A DNA stretch of 32,000 nucleotides from Aliivibrio fischeri ES114. GTDB taxonomy: Bacteria; Pseudomonadota; Gammaproteobacteria; Enterobacterales; Vibrionaceae. Both the position numbers and the translations under genes were made by a program. The notes below the pieces were generated by a model, which searched no databases, was not told the origin of the DNA, and saw only the letters and a list, made by a program, of their open reading frames with translations. Location: NCBI RefSeq assembly GCF_000011805.1, contig NC_006840.2; one strand, written 5' to 3'. Positions 19,620 through 28,118 of this stretch are shown in pieces (the stretch's first letter is position 1; every line of letters begins with the position of its first letter).

Positions 19620-20113
19620 TATAGGTTTGCCATGTCATCCCATTCGTCGTCAGACAAAAGTTTGTTAAGGTCTACCAAGATAAGTAGGTTGCCGTCACGG
19701 TTGCTAACGCCTTGGATGAACTTAGCGCTTTCTTCCGTGCCAACACTTGGCGTCGTATCAATTTCAGATGAACGTAAGTATACAACTTCCGCTACGCTAT
19801 CAACAAGGATACCGATAACTTGACGCTCAGATTCGATAACAATAATACGTGTGTTATCTGTAATTTCACCCTGCATTAAACCAAAACGTGAACGAGTATC
19901 AATAACTGTTACTACATTACCACGTAGGTTAATGATACCTAAAACGTAATCTGGAGCACCTGGAACTGGTGCAATTTCAGTATGGCGAAGTACTTCACGC
20001 ACTTGCATTACGTTGATACCGTAAGTTTCTTCTTCTAATTGAAATGTTACCCACTGCAGAACTTCATCGTTCACTTGATCTTTGCGGATCTCTACTTCAT
20101 TAACCTGAGACAT
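19619..20113 (-). CDS. cheW: Chemotaxis coupling protein CheW
   Basis: 164 aa single CheW domain (QWVTFQLEEETYGINVMQVREVL ... LLILVDLNKLL). Confidence 0.92.
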   Translation of the reverse strand: MSQVNEVEIRKDQVNDEVLQWVTFQLEEETYGINVMQVREVLRHTEIAPVPGAPDYVLGIINLRGNVVTVIDTRSRFGLMQGEITDNTRIIVIESERQVIGILVDSVAEVVYLRSSEIDTTPSVGTEESAKFIQGVSNRDGNLLILVDLNKLLSDDEWDDMANL

Positions 20114-20141
20114 TTTATTTCCTCGTCCTATTAGAGTTATT

Positions 20142-21200
20142 TTACTCTATTCCCTTAATGTCGAGACCGGCATTAAGCATAGCAATCATCGCCTCAACAT
20201 GAATTAAGGCACACATCTTTTCTTTTACCATTCCAGATAACCAAGGTCGTTTTCCTGCGGTCTCACGCCATCGAATACGATCACTTGTTAATGTTTCCGT
20301 CCCGGCTAACGCATTACACGCTAATCCCCATTTGCTTTCACCAAGCATAACAAGGTATTGGTAATCTTCTTTGTAACTTTCATCCTTGATACTTTGTGGC
20401 ATCACCCACTTGGCTGTATCAAGTGCATCAATTTTTAATTCTCGGCTGGTTTGTAAGCCAAGATACCAATCAGGACGACCAATTAAATGACTAAACTCTG
20501 TAATTTGGTGAATACCACCTAATTCAGCTAATGGTACTGCAAACATCACTCCCATAACTTCAAAGAAAAGTACTTGGAATTCTTCTTGATGCTCTGCATT
20601 TTTCCAATCAAGTCCACTTGGCGGTGGTGCTTTGCCTGCTTGGGTTTCTAACGCTTCGCTGTTATCTATATCGGCAGTAACTTCAATCTCTTCAGATTCA
20701 GTCTCTTCAATAACAGGAGCAACCTCAATTTTATCCGATAAATCCCATGCAGAAAGATCAAGCTCTTCAGGCTCTTCTTCTGTAATAGGTTGAGGCTCAT
20801 TAGCATCCGATTCTGTTTTTTCAATTTCACCAGAAACTAAGGCATCAATTTCATCTTGAACATTTAATTGAGAATTTTCTAACTGGCTTAATAAACGCTG
20901 AACATCTTCTAATTGAGGCATCTCAAATGGATAATCATCATATTCATCCACTTGCGGAGATGCTTGCAATTGATACTGAGGCTCGGGAGTATCTAATGTT
21001 ACTGAATCAGACTGCCAATCAGACACTGACTCAGATTCAACTACATCCTCAAGTTCACTATCAGCGACAGGTTCAGGCCCAACTAATTCTTCACGAACTT
21101 CTTCAAGATTAACGTCTTGCTCAATGACATCTTCATCTAACAGTGACGAGAAATAATCATCAAGAGCTTCTTCACTGGTAAATGTTTTAAAATCAGCCAT
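20142..21200 (-). CDS. parP: CheW-domain protein with long acidic N-terminal region (ParP-like chemotaxis-array tether)
   Basis: 352 aa. The first ~195 aa are extremely acidic and probably disordered. The C-terminal ~150 aa are CheW-like (FQVLFFEVMGVMFAVPLAELGGIH...). The gene lies directly downstream of the ParA-like gene with a 1-nt overlap, matching the parC-parP arrangement described in Vibrio. Confidence 0.75.
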   Translation of the reverse strand: MADFKTFTSEEALDDYFSSLLDEDVIEQDVNLEEVREELVGPEPVADSELEDVVESESVSDWQSDSVTLDTPEPQYQLQASPQVDEYDDYPFEMPQLEDVQRLLSQLENSQLNVQDEIDALVSGEIEKTESDANEPQPITEEEPEELDLSAWDLSDKIEVAPVIEETESEEIEVTADIDNSEALETQAGKAPPPSGLDWKNAEHQEEFQVLFFEVMGVMFAVPLAELGGIHQITEFSHLIGRPDWYLGLQTSRELKIDALDTAKWVMPQSIKDESYKEDYQYLVMLGESKWGLACNALAGTETLTSDRIRWRETAGKRPWLSGMVKEKMCALIHVEAMIAMLNAGLDIKGIE

Positions 21201-21967
21201 TAAGCTAATCTCTCCAAGTAATTCAGTAATGTTTTATACGCAAAAACGCCACGACTATTTGGAGATACAAATGACGGTGGCATTCTTTTTAAGCTGGCAT
21301 CTCTAAATTTTGTATCAATAGGTACTGCTGATGCCCACACTTGATCTTGATAGCTATTTTTTAAATCCATCAAGGTTTGTAACGAAGCATTAGTACGCTT
21401 ATCGTACATAGTCGGAATAATGGTCACATCAAACAAAGAAGGTTTATTTCTTTGCATTATCGTTAATGTTCTCATCATTCGTTCTAAACCTTTCATCGCT
21501 AGGAATTCAGTTTGAACAGGAATAAGCACTCGAGTACTTGCCGCTAATGCATTAACCATCATCACACCAAGAATCGGTGGACAATCAATCAATACATAAT
21601 CGTAATCCGCTTCTAGTGCTTTCAGTGCACGCTTCAATACTAACCCCATCCCATTACGGTTTCCCATAACACGATCAAGTGTCGCAAGTGACATATGAGC
21701 AGGAATAATATCAAGCCCTGGGATATCACTTTTTAATACAAAAGGAGCTACCGTGGTTTTATTGATTGTAGGTAGTTGAAACAACTCAAATAAGCTGCAT
21801 GGTAAATCGTCTGAATCATAGCCTAAGTAAGTAGTTAGAGACCCATGGGGATCTGTATCTACCATTAGTACACGTTTACCACGTTGATTTAACAACCCTG
21901 CTAATGTGATTGTGGTTGTGGTTTTACCCACGCCACCTTTCTGATTAGCTATGCTCCAGACAATCAT
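21200..21967 (-). CDS. parC: ParA/MinD-family ATPase of the chemotaxis operon (ParC-like)
   Basis: 255 aa with the deviant Walker A NQKGGVGKTTT and DTDPHGS. It sits between cheB and the CheW-like gene. Confidence 0.8.
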   Translation of the reverse strand: MIVWSIANQKGGVGKTTTTITLAGLLNQRGKRVLMVDTDPHGSLTTYLGYDSDDLPCSLFELFQLPTINKTTVAPFVLKSDIPGLDIIPAHMSLATLDRVMGNRNGMGLVLKRALKALEADYDYVLIDCPPILGVMMVNALAASTRVLIPVQTEFLAMKGLERMMRTLTIMQRNKPSLFDVTIIPTMYDKRTNASLQTLMDLKNSYQDQVWASAVPIDTKFRDASLKRMPPSFVSPNSRGVFAYKTLLNYLERLA

Positions 21968-21975
21968 GTTATTTC

Positions 21976-23106
21976 CTACTTCAATCCAACTTCAACAAGC
22001 ATTCTTTCAGCAATACGATCAAGCGGTAAACTTTCTGAAGATAAACCGGCTTTATCGACAGCTTGAGGCATACCATATACCACACAGCTTTGCTCATCTT
22101 GAGACCAAATAGTTGCGCCACCAGCTTTAAGCATTCGACAGCCTTCTCGACCATCTGCGCCCATACCAGTTAAGATCATCGACAGAACTTTATCACCGTA
22201 TACTTTCGCAGCAGATCCGAAGGTAACATCAACACATGGTTTATAATTCATGCGTTCACCACCATCTAAAATCTTCAAGCGTGAAGCGCCCGGACGGCCA
22301 TCAACCATCATTTGCAAACCACCTGGAGCCAAATATGCACAACCTGGTTTTAACACATCGCCATCTTCTGCTTCTTTAACTTGAATTTTGCACAAGTTAT
22401 TTAAACGAGCAGCAAATGCCGCCGTAAAAGTGGCAGGCATATGTTGAACCAAAATAATTGGATGTGGGTAATTCGCCGGAATCGCCGTTAATATCTTTTG
22501 CAGTGCAACTGGACCACCCGTTGAAGTCCCAATAGCCGTTAATTGATACTTTTTACCCGTCGCTTTAAAGCGTTGTGCAATTGGAGCTGCTGGTGCTGCT
22601 TTTACAGGAGATGCTGTTAATGCAGAAGTCGCAGTTCGTGTTGTTGCTGTACGAGATTCAACAGTACTTGTTGATTGTGAACTCAGTACTGGTCTGCGCA
22701 TAAATGATTTTTTACGCGCAATTTCAGCAATTCGTTTCTGTAGTAAAGAAACCGCTTCATCACGATTACGAGCAATGTCTTCAAACTTCTTAGGTAAGAA
22801 ATCAAGAGCACCCGCATCCAAAGCATCAAGTGTTGCTTTTGCGCCATCGTGAGTTAGCGAAGAGAACATTAAGGTTGGTGTTGGACACGCCTTCATGATC
22901 TCTCGGACTGCTGAGATGCCGTCCATGACTGGCATCTCAATATCCATTGTTATTACATCTGGCTTTAATGATTTCGCTTTTTCTACCGCTTCTTTACCAT
23001 TTACAGCCACGTCGATAACTTCAAGACGTGGATCTGAATTGATAATTTCACTTACTCGGCGGCGGAAAAAACTAGAATCATCTACCACTAATACTTTTAT
23101 AGCCAT
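21976..23106 (-). CDS. cheB: Chemotaxis response regulator protein-glutamate methylesterase CheB
   Basis: Receiver domain ([21 protein letters not shown]). Methylesterase domain with [12 protein letters not shown] and GMGADG catalytic segments. Confidence 0.93.
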   Translation of the reverse strand: MAIKVLVVDDSSFFRRRVSEIINSDPRLEVIDVAVNGKEAVEKAKSLKPDVITMDIEMPVMDGISAVREIMKACPTPTLMFSSLTHDGAKATLDALDAGALDFLPKKFEDIARNRDEAVSLLQKRIAEIARKKSFMRRPVLSSQSTSTVESRTATTRTATSALTASPVKAAPAAPIAQRFKATGKKYQLTAIGTSTGGPVALQKILTAIPANYPHPIILVQHMPATFTAAFAARLNNLCKIQVKEAEDGDVLKPGCAYLAPGGLQMMVDGRPGASRLKILDGGERMNYKPCVDVTFGSAAKVYGDKVLSMILTGMGADGREGCRMLKAGGATIWSQDEQSCVVYGMPQAVDKAGLSSESLPLDRIAERMLVEVGLK

Positions 23107-23121
23107 GTCAATCCTTGTGCA

Positions 23122-25329
23122 TTAACGCATGCGAACGGCGTAACGCTTTAACAAGTTAGGAACGTCAAGGATCAATGCAATATGACCATCAGAAGTAATC
23201 GTTGCACCTGCCATACCTGGAGTACCTTGCAATAGTTCATCTAGCGGTTTAATAACCACTTCTTCTTGACCTATTAAGGTATCAACAACAAAACCAACAC
23301 GTTGAGCGCCAAGTTGAATAATTACAACATGACCTAACCCTGTACGTTCTGTTTGACGACTACCAGGAACCAACCAATCTTGTAAGAAGAACAGTGGGAT
23401 CGACTTTTCACGAACAATTGTTGTTAATTGACCATCAACGATGTTTGTCTTAGACAGATCAAGATGGAAAATCTCATTTACACTTGCTAATGGAAGTGCA
23501 AATGGTTGATTCGCAACACCAACCATTAACGTTGGTAAGATTGCAAGAGTCAGTGGCACTTTGATTACGATCTTAGTACCTTCACCCATGTTTGAATCAA
23601 TATCAATTGAACCATTTAGTTGGTTGATCGCTGTTTTAACCACGTCCATACCTACACCACGACCTGAAATATCTGAAATTTCAGTCTTAGTTGAGAAACC
23701 TGGTGCAAAAATAAGGTTATAACATTCTTTATTTGTTAAGCGTGATGCAGCATCGCTGTCCATCAAACCTCGGTTTACCGCAATACCACGAAGTTTATCT
23801 GCATCCATACCGCCGCCATCATCAATGATGCTCAGTAAGATGTGATCCCCTTCTTGAGATGCTGATAAAATCACTTTACCTGTGCGATCTTTACCCGCTT
23901 TTAAACGGTCATCAGGCATTTCAATACCATGATCTACAGAGTTACGAACTAAGTGAATCAATGGATCGGCAAGCGCTTCAACCAAGTTTTTATCTAAATC
24001 AGTTTCTTCACCGCGCATTTCTAGCACGATGTCTTTCTTCAGTGTACGAGCCAAGTCACGTACAACTCGTGGGAAACGACCAAATACTTTCTTAATTGGT
24101 TGCATACGAGTTTTCATTACTGCACCTTGAAGGTCTGCAGTAACCACATCTAGGTTTGATACCGCTTTTGACATTTCTTCGTCATTGCTATTCAAACCTA
24201 AACTCACCAAACGGTTTCGAACAAGTACAAGCTCTCCCACCATATTCATGATGTTATCTAGCGTTGATGTATCAACACGTACCGTACTTTCTGATTGTGA
24301 TTTTGCTGGCGCTTTTGCTGGTGCCTTTGCAACCGCTTTCACATCTTCTTTCGGTGCTTGTGTTCTTGTCGGCGCAGGTGCCGTTGTTCTTGTTGGTGCT
24401 TCAACTACAGGTGCTGGTGCACTTGTTGTCTGATTCATCGCAGCAACAGGTTGAACAGCTTGATCAAGCTCTTCTTCCGTTGGACCTTTGCCTGAACCGT
24501 GCAGTTGATCAAGTAATTTCTCAAACTCATCATCTGTCATTAAATCTGAATCACCAGAATTTGACAGTATGTCTTCTACCGGTTTAGCAGCAGGAGTTGT
24601 CGTTGCATTACTTGGGCTTTTACCTGAACCATGAAGTTCATCAAGCAGACGCTCAAACTCATCATCAGTAATATCGCCATCATCAGCACTTGTTGACGAT
24701 GCAATAGGCGCAGCAGGAGCTGGTGTTACTGAAGCGGCACTACTTGGAGATGCGCCTTTACCGTGTAATTCATCTAATAATCGTTCAAATTCATCTTCTG
24801 TAATATCATCAACAGAATCATGATTATTAGCCGAAACAGAAACCTCTTCTACAGAAGGAGTTACTTCAATTACTGACTCTTCAATAACGATATCTTCAAC
24901 AACAGCTTCATTTGCTGCTGATGCAATTTCATCTTCTGATGCAGGTTTGCTTAAACGATGCAGTTCATCAAGCAAGCTTTGTTCTGCCGGCTCTAAAGCT
25001 TCACCATTTTGCACTGAACTGAACATAACATTCACGGTATCAAGTGCTTGTAAGATGGTATCCATTAGCTCAGAAGTAACTTTACGTTTACCTGTTCTAA
25101 GAATATCAAATACGTTTTCCGCACCATGACAAGCATCAACTAATTCAGTTAATGACAAAAAGCCTGCACCGCCTTTAACGGTATGAAAACCACGGAAAAT
25201 AGCATTTAATAAATCAGCATCATCAGGGCGTTGCTCTAATTCAACTAATTGTTCAGAAAGTAGCTCGAGAATTTCTCCTGCTTCAATTAAGAAATCTTGC
25301 AGGATGTCTTCATCCATTTCAAAGCTCAT
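23122..25329 (-). CDS. cheA: Chemotaxis histidine kinase CheA
   Basis: Hpt/P1 with FRGFHTVKGGAG. P3 starts near TVRVDTSTLDNIMNMVGELV. N box HLVRNSVDHGIE, G1 DDGGGMD, G2 GRGVGMDVV. C-terminal CheW-like P5. The P1-P3 linker carries three repeated motifs (see findings). Confidence 0.93.
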   Translation of the reverse strand: MSFEMDEDILQDFLIEAGEILELLSEQLVELEQRPDDADLLNAIFRGFHTVKGGAGFLSLTELVDACHGAENVFDILRTGKRKVTSELMDTILQALDTVNVMFSSVQNGEALEPAEQSLLDELHRLSKPASEDEIASAANEAVVEDIVIEESVIEVTPSVEEVSVSANNHDSVDDITEDEFERLLDELHGKGASPSSAASVTPAPAAPIASSTSADDGDITDDEFERLLDELHGSGKSPSNATTTPAAKPVEDILSNSGDSDLMTDDEFEKLLDQLHGSGKGPTEEELDQAVQPVAAMNQTTSAPAPVVEAPTRTTAPAPTRTQAPKEDVKAVAKAPAKAPAKSQSESTVRVDTSTLDNIMNMVGELVLVRNRLVSLGLNSNDEEMSKAVSNLDVVTADLQGAVMKTRMQPIKKVFGRFPRVVRDLARTLKKDIVLEMRGEETDLDKNLVEALADPLIHLVRNSVDHGIEMPDDRLKAGKDRTGKVILSASQEGDHILLSIIDDGGGMDADKLRGIAVNRGLMDSDAASRLTNKECYNLIFAPGFSTKTEISDISGRGVGMDVVKTAINQLNGSIDIDSNMGEGTKIVIKVPLTLAILPTLMVGVANQPFALPLASVNEIFHLDLSKTNIVDGQLTTIVREKSIPLFFLQDWLVPGSRQTERTGLGHVVIIQLGAQRVGFVVDTLIGQEEVVIKPLDELLQGTPGMAGATITSDGHIALILDVPNLLKRYAVRMR

Positions 25330-25338
25330 AGTATTCCT

Positions 25339-26055
25339 CTAAAATCCTAGACTGGCTAATAGGTCATCAACATCATCTTGAGATGCTACAGCGTCTTCGC
25401 GTTCATGCGGGTTGATAATTGGTCCTTCAGCAACAGCAGGTTTCTTCGATTGGTCCGCTGCATCTAACCGCTCTTCCACTTTAAACAACGTCAAGATATC
25501 AACCAATCGGTCTTCAACTTCTTGAACTAACGTAATTACTCGTTTAATAATTTGACCAGTAAGGTCTTGGAAGTCTTGTGCCATTAAGATAGTGGTTAGT
25601 TCATTACGAAGCTCTGAACTATTACCTTCAACTTGAGTTAATAATCCATCAATGTTGTGGCATAAGGTTTTGAACTGAGCAAGCTCAATTCGACCTTTCA
25701 TTAAACTGTTCCACTGTGGGCGAACTTGAAGCAAGCCTTCGTGCAATTCGTCTGCAATAGGTAATGAACGATCAACAGCATCCATGGTTTTATTGGCTGC
25801 CATTTCCGTTTTATCAATCACATATTGCAAACGATCACGCGCATCTGGAATCTCATCATTAGCAATGGCAACAACTCGATGATCAAGTTTAAAGTTCTTC
25901 AAAGACTCATGAAGATCACGAGTTAAAGAACCTATCTCTTTCAACATTGGTTGTTCACTTGGCATTGCTAACGAAGCAACTAATTGATTTGCTTCTTCTT
26001 GCTTGCCATCTTCTAATAAAGCGACAAGTTCCTTGGCATCAGTTAATGAAATCAT
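25339..26055 (-). CDS. cheZ: CheY-P phosphatase CheZ
   Basis: 238 aa. Catalytic segment AQDFQDLTGQIIKR and C-terminal CheY-binding peptide ASQDDVDDLLASLGF. Confidence 0.92.
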   Translation of the reverse strand: MISLTDAKELVALLEDGKQEEANQLVASLAMPSEQPMLKEIGSLTRDLHESLKNFKLDHRVVAIANDEIPDARDRLQYVIDKTEMAANKTMDAVDRSLPIADELHEGLLQVRPQWNSLMKGRIELAQFKTLCHNIDGLLTQVEGNSSELRNELTTILMAQDFQDLTGQIIKRVITLVQEVEDRLVDILTLFKVEERLDAADQSKKPAVAEGPIINPHEREDAVASQDDVDDLLASLGF

Positions 26056-26086
26056 CTTTTACTAATCCTTCCAACGCAACATCGAC

Positions 26087-26467
26087 TTATAAACGTTCAA
26101 AAATCTTGTCTAATTTTTCTTTTAATGTTGCAGCTGTGAAAGGCTTAACAATGTAGCCATTTACGCCAGCTTGAGCAGCTTCAATGATTTGTTCACGCTT
26201 AGCTTCAGCAGTGATCATTAATACTGGTAAGTGTTTTAATTCGTCATCGGCACGAATTGTCTTTAGCAAGTCGATCCCTTGCATCCCTGGCATGTTCCAA
26301 TCTGTTACTACAAAATCGAAACCACCTTTTTTAAGCAGTGGCAGTGCTGTTAAACCATCATCCGCTTCTTGGGTGTTATTAAAACCTAAGTCACGTAATA
26401 AGTTTTTTACAATACGGCGCATTGTTGAAAAGTCATCAACAATAAGGATCTTCATGTTTTTATTCAA
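26087..26467 (-). CDS. cheY: Chemotaxis response regulator CheY
   Basis: [25 protein letters not shown] (phospho-Asp), MITAEA, YIVKPF. The ORF-track start at 26488 is a TTG. GGAGG lies 5 nt upstream of an in-frame TTG at 26467 ([12 protein letters not shown]), which is preferred. The ATG at 26455 is an alternative. Confidence 0.88.
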   Translation of the reverse strand: MNKNMKILIVDDFSTMRRIVKNLLRDLGFNNTQEADDGLTALPLLKKGGFDFVVTDWNMPGMQGIDLLKTIRADDELKHLPVLMITAEAKREQIIEAAQAGVNGYIVKPFTAATLKEKLDKIFERL

Positions 26468-26503
26468 AATCGCCTCCAGTGAGGGCAAAGTAACGGGATT
26501 TAA

Positions 26504-27235
26504 TTATTCTACTGTCCAAGATGATAACTTGGCCCGTAGTCGTTGCATCGATTGGCTGTGTATTTGGCTTACGCGAGACTCGCTTACACCAATTACAGCA
26601 CCAATCTCTTTTAGGTTAAGTTCTTCATCGTAATAAAGAGACAAAACCAAAGCTTCTCTTTCAGGAAGCGTTTTAATCGCTTCCACAAGAGCTACTCGAA
26701 AGTGTTCATCGGCAACACCTTGAAACGGAAGATTATCATCAGCTTGTTCTTCAGTTGCGATCACATCATCAGAAACGCCTAAATCTTCCATACCAACTAG
26801 TTTACCGCAATTTACATCATTAAGTATCTGATAATATTGATCTAACGGTAATTCTAGATAGTCTGCTATCTCTTTATCGGTCGGATCCCGAGAAAGTTTA
26901 GCTTCAAGCTCTCTAATTGCCGAATTAATCATCCGACTGTTCTTATGTACTGAGCGAGGAACCCAATCTCCACGTCGAATTTCATCCAACATTGAGCCTC
27001 TAATTCGAATCCCAGCATAGGTTTCAAAACTTGCGCCTTTACTGCCATCATAATTTTGCTGGGCTTCTAATAAACCAATCATGCCAGCTTGAATCAGATC
27101 ATCTACTAATACACTCGCTGGCAATCTCGCCATTAAATGATGAGCAATACGTTTAACCAGATCAGAATAACGTTCTAAAAACGCCTTCTGACTGTTTACA
27201 TTGCCTTTATGATCATAAGTTAAGCCATCAGACAT
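26504..27235 (-). CDS. fliA: Flagellar sigma factor FliA (sigma-28)
   Basis: Sigma70-family regions 2 (DDLIQAGMIGLLEA), 3 and 4.2 (LNLKEIGAVIGVSESRVSQIHSQ). The preferred start is the ATG at 27235 (GAGGA 6 nt upstream), overlapping the flhG stop by 8 nt. The ORF-track start at 27265 would overlap flhG by 38 nt. Confidence 0.9.
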   Translation of the reverse strand: MSDGLTYDHKGNVNSQKAFLERYSDLVKRIAHHLMARLPASVLVDDLIQAGMIGLLEAQQNYDGSKGASFETYAGIRIRGSMLDEIRRGDWVPRSVHKNSRMINSAIRELEAKLSRDPTDKEIADYLELPLDQYYQILNDVNCGKLVGMEDLGVSDDVIATEEQADDNLPFQGVADEHFRVALVEAIKTLPEREALVLSLYYDEELNLKEIGAVIGVSESRVSQIHSQSMQRLRAKLSSWTVE

Positions 27236-28118
27236 AATCGTCCTCAATTTCACTTGTTTTTTCATTGCGTAATAGCTTTTCTACGAAAAACTCTAAGTGA
27301 CCGCTTGGTGCTTTAGGTACAGGCCAAGTTACCACTTTGTTTGCAAGAGATTTCATTGCTAACGCTGCTGGAGAGCGTGGATATGCATCCACAACGACTT
27401 TTTGTTTTCTAACTGACAGACGCACTTTTTCATCTAATGGAATACAAGCCACTAATTCCATATTTGCAGATAAAAAGCGATCCGTTACTAGCGTTAGTTT
27501 CGCAAATAATTCACGACCTTCACGGTAACTTCTTACCATGTTGGCAACAATTTTGAATCGTTGAACATTATGCTCACGACTTAAAAGTTTTATTAACGCA
27601 TATGCATCGGTGATTGACGTTGGTTCATCACACACCACAACTAAAACATCTTGAGCCGCACGAGAAAAACTGGTCACCATATCAGAGATGCCAGCAGCAG
27701 TATCGATTAAAAGAATATCTACTTCTTCTTCTAAACTGCTGAATGCTCGAATTAATCCTGCATGTTGTGCTGGTGTTAGTTCTGCCATAGATTTTGTTCC
27801 TGACGTTGCAGGAATTAGTCTCACACCATATGGGCCTTCAACGATAATGTCTGCTAATTCGCATTCACCATCCAAAACATGCCCTAGGTTTTTATGTGCT
27901 CGAACACCCAGCATAATATCAATATTTGCTAAGCCTAAATCGCCATCTAGCACCATCACTTTTTTCCCTTGCTGTGCAAGTGATAATGCTAAATTTAATG
28001 TTACGTTTGTTTTACCTACGCCACCTTTACCACCCGTTACAGCAACCACTTTGGTCAATGTTGGTTTGGTTAAGCGTCGTAATCCACTAGCCTGATCGTA
28101 TATATTATTATCAATCAT
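27228..28118 (-). CDS. flhG: MinD-like ATPase FlhG (FleN), flagellar number regulator
   Basis: N-terminal DQASGLRRL (FlhF-activating helix motif) and deviant Walker A GGKGGVGKT. ATGA overlap with the flhF stop. Confidence 0.92.
   Translation of the reverse strand: MIDNNIYDQASGLRRLTKPTLTKVVAVTGGKGGVGKTNVTLNLALSLAQQGKKVMVLDGDLGLANIDIMLGVRAHKNLGHVLDGECELADIIVEGPYGVRLIPATSGTKSMAELTPAQHAGLIRAFSSLEEEVDILLIDTAAGISDMVTSFSRAAQDVLVVVCDEPTSITDAYALIKLLSREHNVQRFKIVANMVRSYREGRELFAKLTLVTDRFLSANMELVACIPLDEKVRLSVRKQKVVVDAYPRSPAALAMKSLANKVVTWPVPKAPSGHLEFFVEKLLRNEKTSEIEDDYV

Noticed and set aside
20668-20694. Sigma28-like element TGAAG-N14-GCCGATAT on the minus strand inside parP
   Set aside because: It is imperfect in both boxes, about 550 nt upstream of the next start (cheW), and inside coding sequence. 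It could be a weak internal promoter, but sequence alone gives no support.
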